Of a stretch of DNA of 64,000 nt, positions 63,800-64,000 are shown one piece after another. Origin of the DNA: Candidatus Calditenuaceae archaeon (lineage in GTDB: Archaea > Thermoproteota > Nitrososphaeria_A > Caldarchaeales > Calditenuaceae); the NCBI GenBank assembly GCA_025058225.1, contig JANXEE010000025.1, positions 11,302-75,301 of the forward strand, given 5' to 3'. The notes beneath the pieces were generated by a model. It had not been told where the DNA came from. It was given only the letters and a program-made list of their open reading frames with translations, and searched no databases. Numbering within the stretch: position 1 is the first letter of the stretch; every line of letters starts with the position of its first letter. Made by a program: the position numbers and the translations under genes.

Positions 63800-64000
63800 C
63801 TATGCGATCAGGTTGTAGACTAGGAGCCAACACATCAGCCAGATGGTGGAATACGCTCCTACGGCCAGTGTCCACCTCCTCCTCCCAGAGAGATGCGGGT
63901 TATCCCTCTGCACCGCCCCCATCATAGCATAGGTGATCGCTAGATACACCGCCGCCGCGAAGGGGATCGTGAGGGCCCAATGTGCAACGACCGAGACATA
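63800..64000 (-). CDS. C-terminal fragment of a membrane protein (start lies beyond the window)
   Basis: Reverse-strand frame open from the window edge to TAG at 63800-02. Translation: YVSVVAHWALTIPFAAAVYLAITYAMMGAVQRDNPHLSGRRRWTLAVGAYSTIWLMCWLLVYNLIA. Two hydrophobic helices. Confidence 0.4.
   Translation of the reverse strand, partial: YVSVVAHWALTIPFAAAVYLAITYAMMGAVQRDNPHLSGRRRWTLAVGAYSTIWLMCWLLVYNLIA

Noticed and set aside
1-64000. CRISPR arrays, rRNA/tRNA genes, transposases, integrases, prophage or defence-system genes
   Set aside because: I scanned all spacers longer than 60 bp on both strands. I found no repeat-spacer periodicity and no cloverleaf-compatible sequence with a GTTC(A/G)A T-loop and matching acceptor stem. 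I also found no DDE, tyrosine- or serine-recombinase, or restriction/abortive-infection motifs in any ORF. A tRNAscan/Infernal run would still be needed for certainty.

Overview
Archaeal chromosomal window, roughly 60% GC by eye and tightly packed. I count about 70 protein genes, many with 4-20 nt start/stop overlaps. I found no rRNA, tRNA, CRISPR array, transposase or integrase by eye. The lineage cannot be named without a database search.

Housekeeping genes: thermosome, uS19, acetyl-CoA synthetase, MoaB, TBP, Alba, Topo VI subunit B, NAD kinase, RFC small subunit, thioredoxin and TrxB, A/V-ATPase subunit B, Lrp, endonuclease V, TatD, RNase Z, acyl-CoA dehydrogenase, eS27ae, the Rpo7-Spt4-DPCK operon, class II (B12) ribonucleotide reductase and RadA.

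Most interesting regions:
1. 1-9.4 kb: a divergently transcribed sulfur-compound redox island. It combines a signal-less Mo-bisPGD enzyme, a Tat-FccB-like flavoprotein, an unknown protein, an amicyanin-type cupredoxin, a YeeE permease, a ferredoxin::NrfD fusion, and TauE plus a DUF1634-like partner.
2. 15.7-18.0 kb: a translationally coupled cofD / nitroreductase / CobY-like nucleotidyltransferase operon.
3. 23.6-23.8 kb: a GC-rich, stem-closed 165-nt island in an AT-rich spacer, a candidate ncRNA.
4. Unusual fusions: methyltransferase::ATP-grasp, and chorismate mutase::aminotransferase.
5. 35.47 kb: a 43-aa Lys/Ala/Pro-rich micro-ORF with its own promoter and terminator.
6. Two tandem TatA-like genes that share a C-terminal helix-extended-helix-like tail.
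7. Repeat-bearing leaders upstream of the RNR and radA genes.

All functional calls come from motifs read in the translations. No searches were run.
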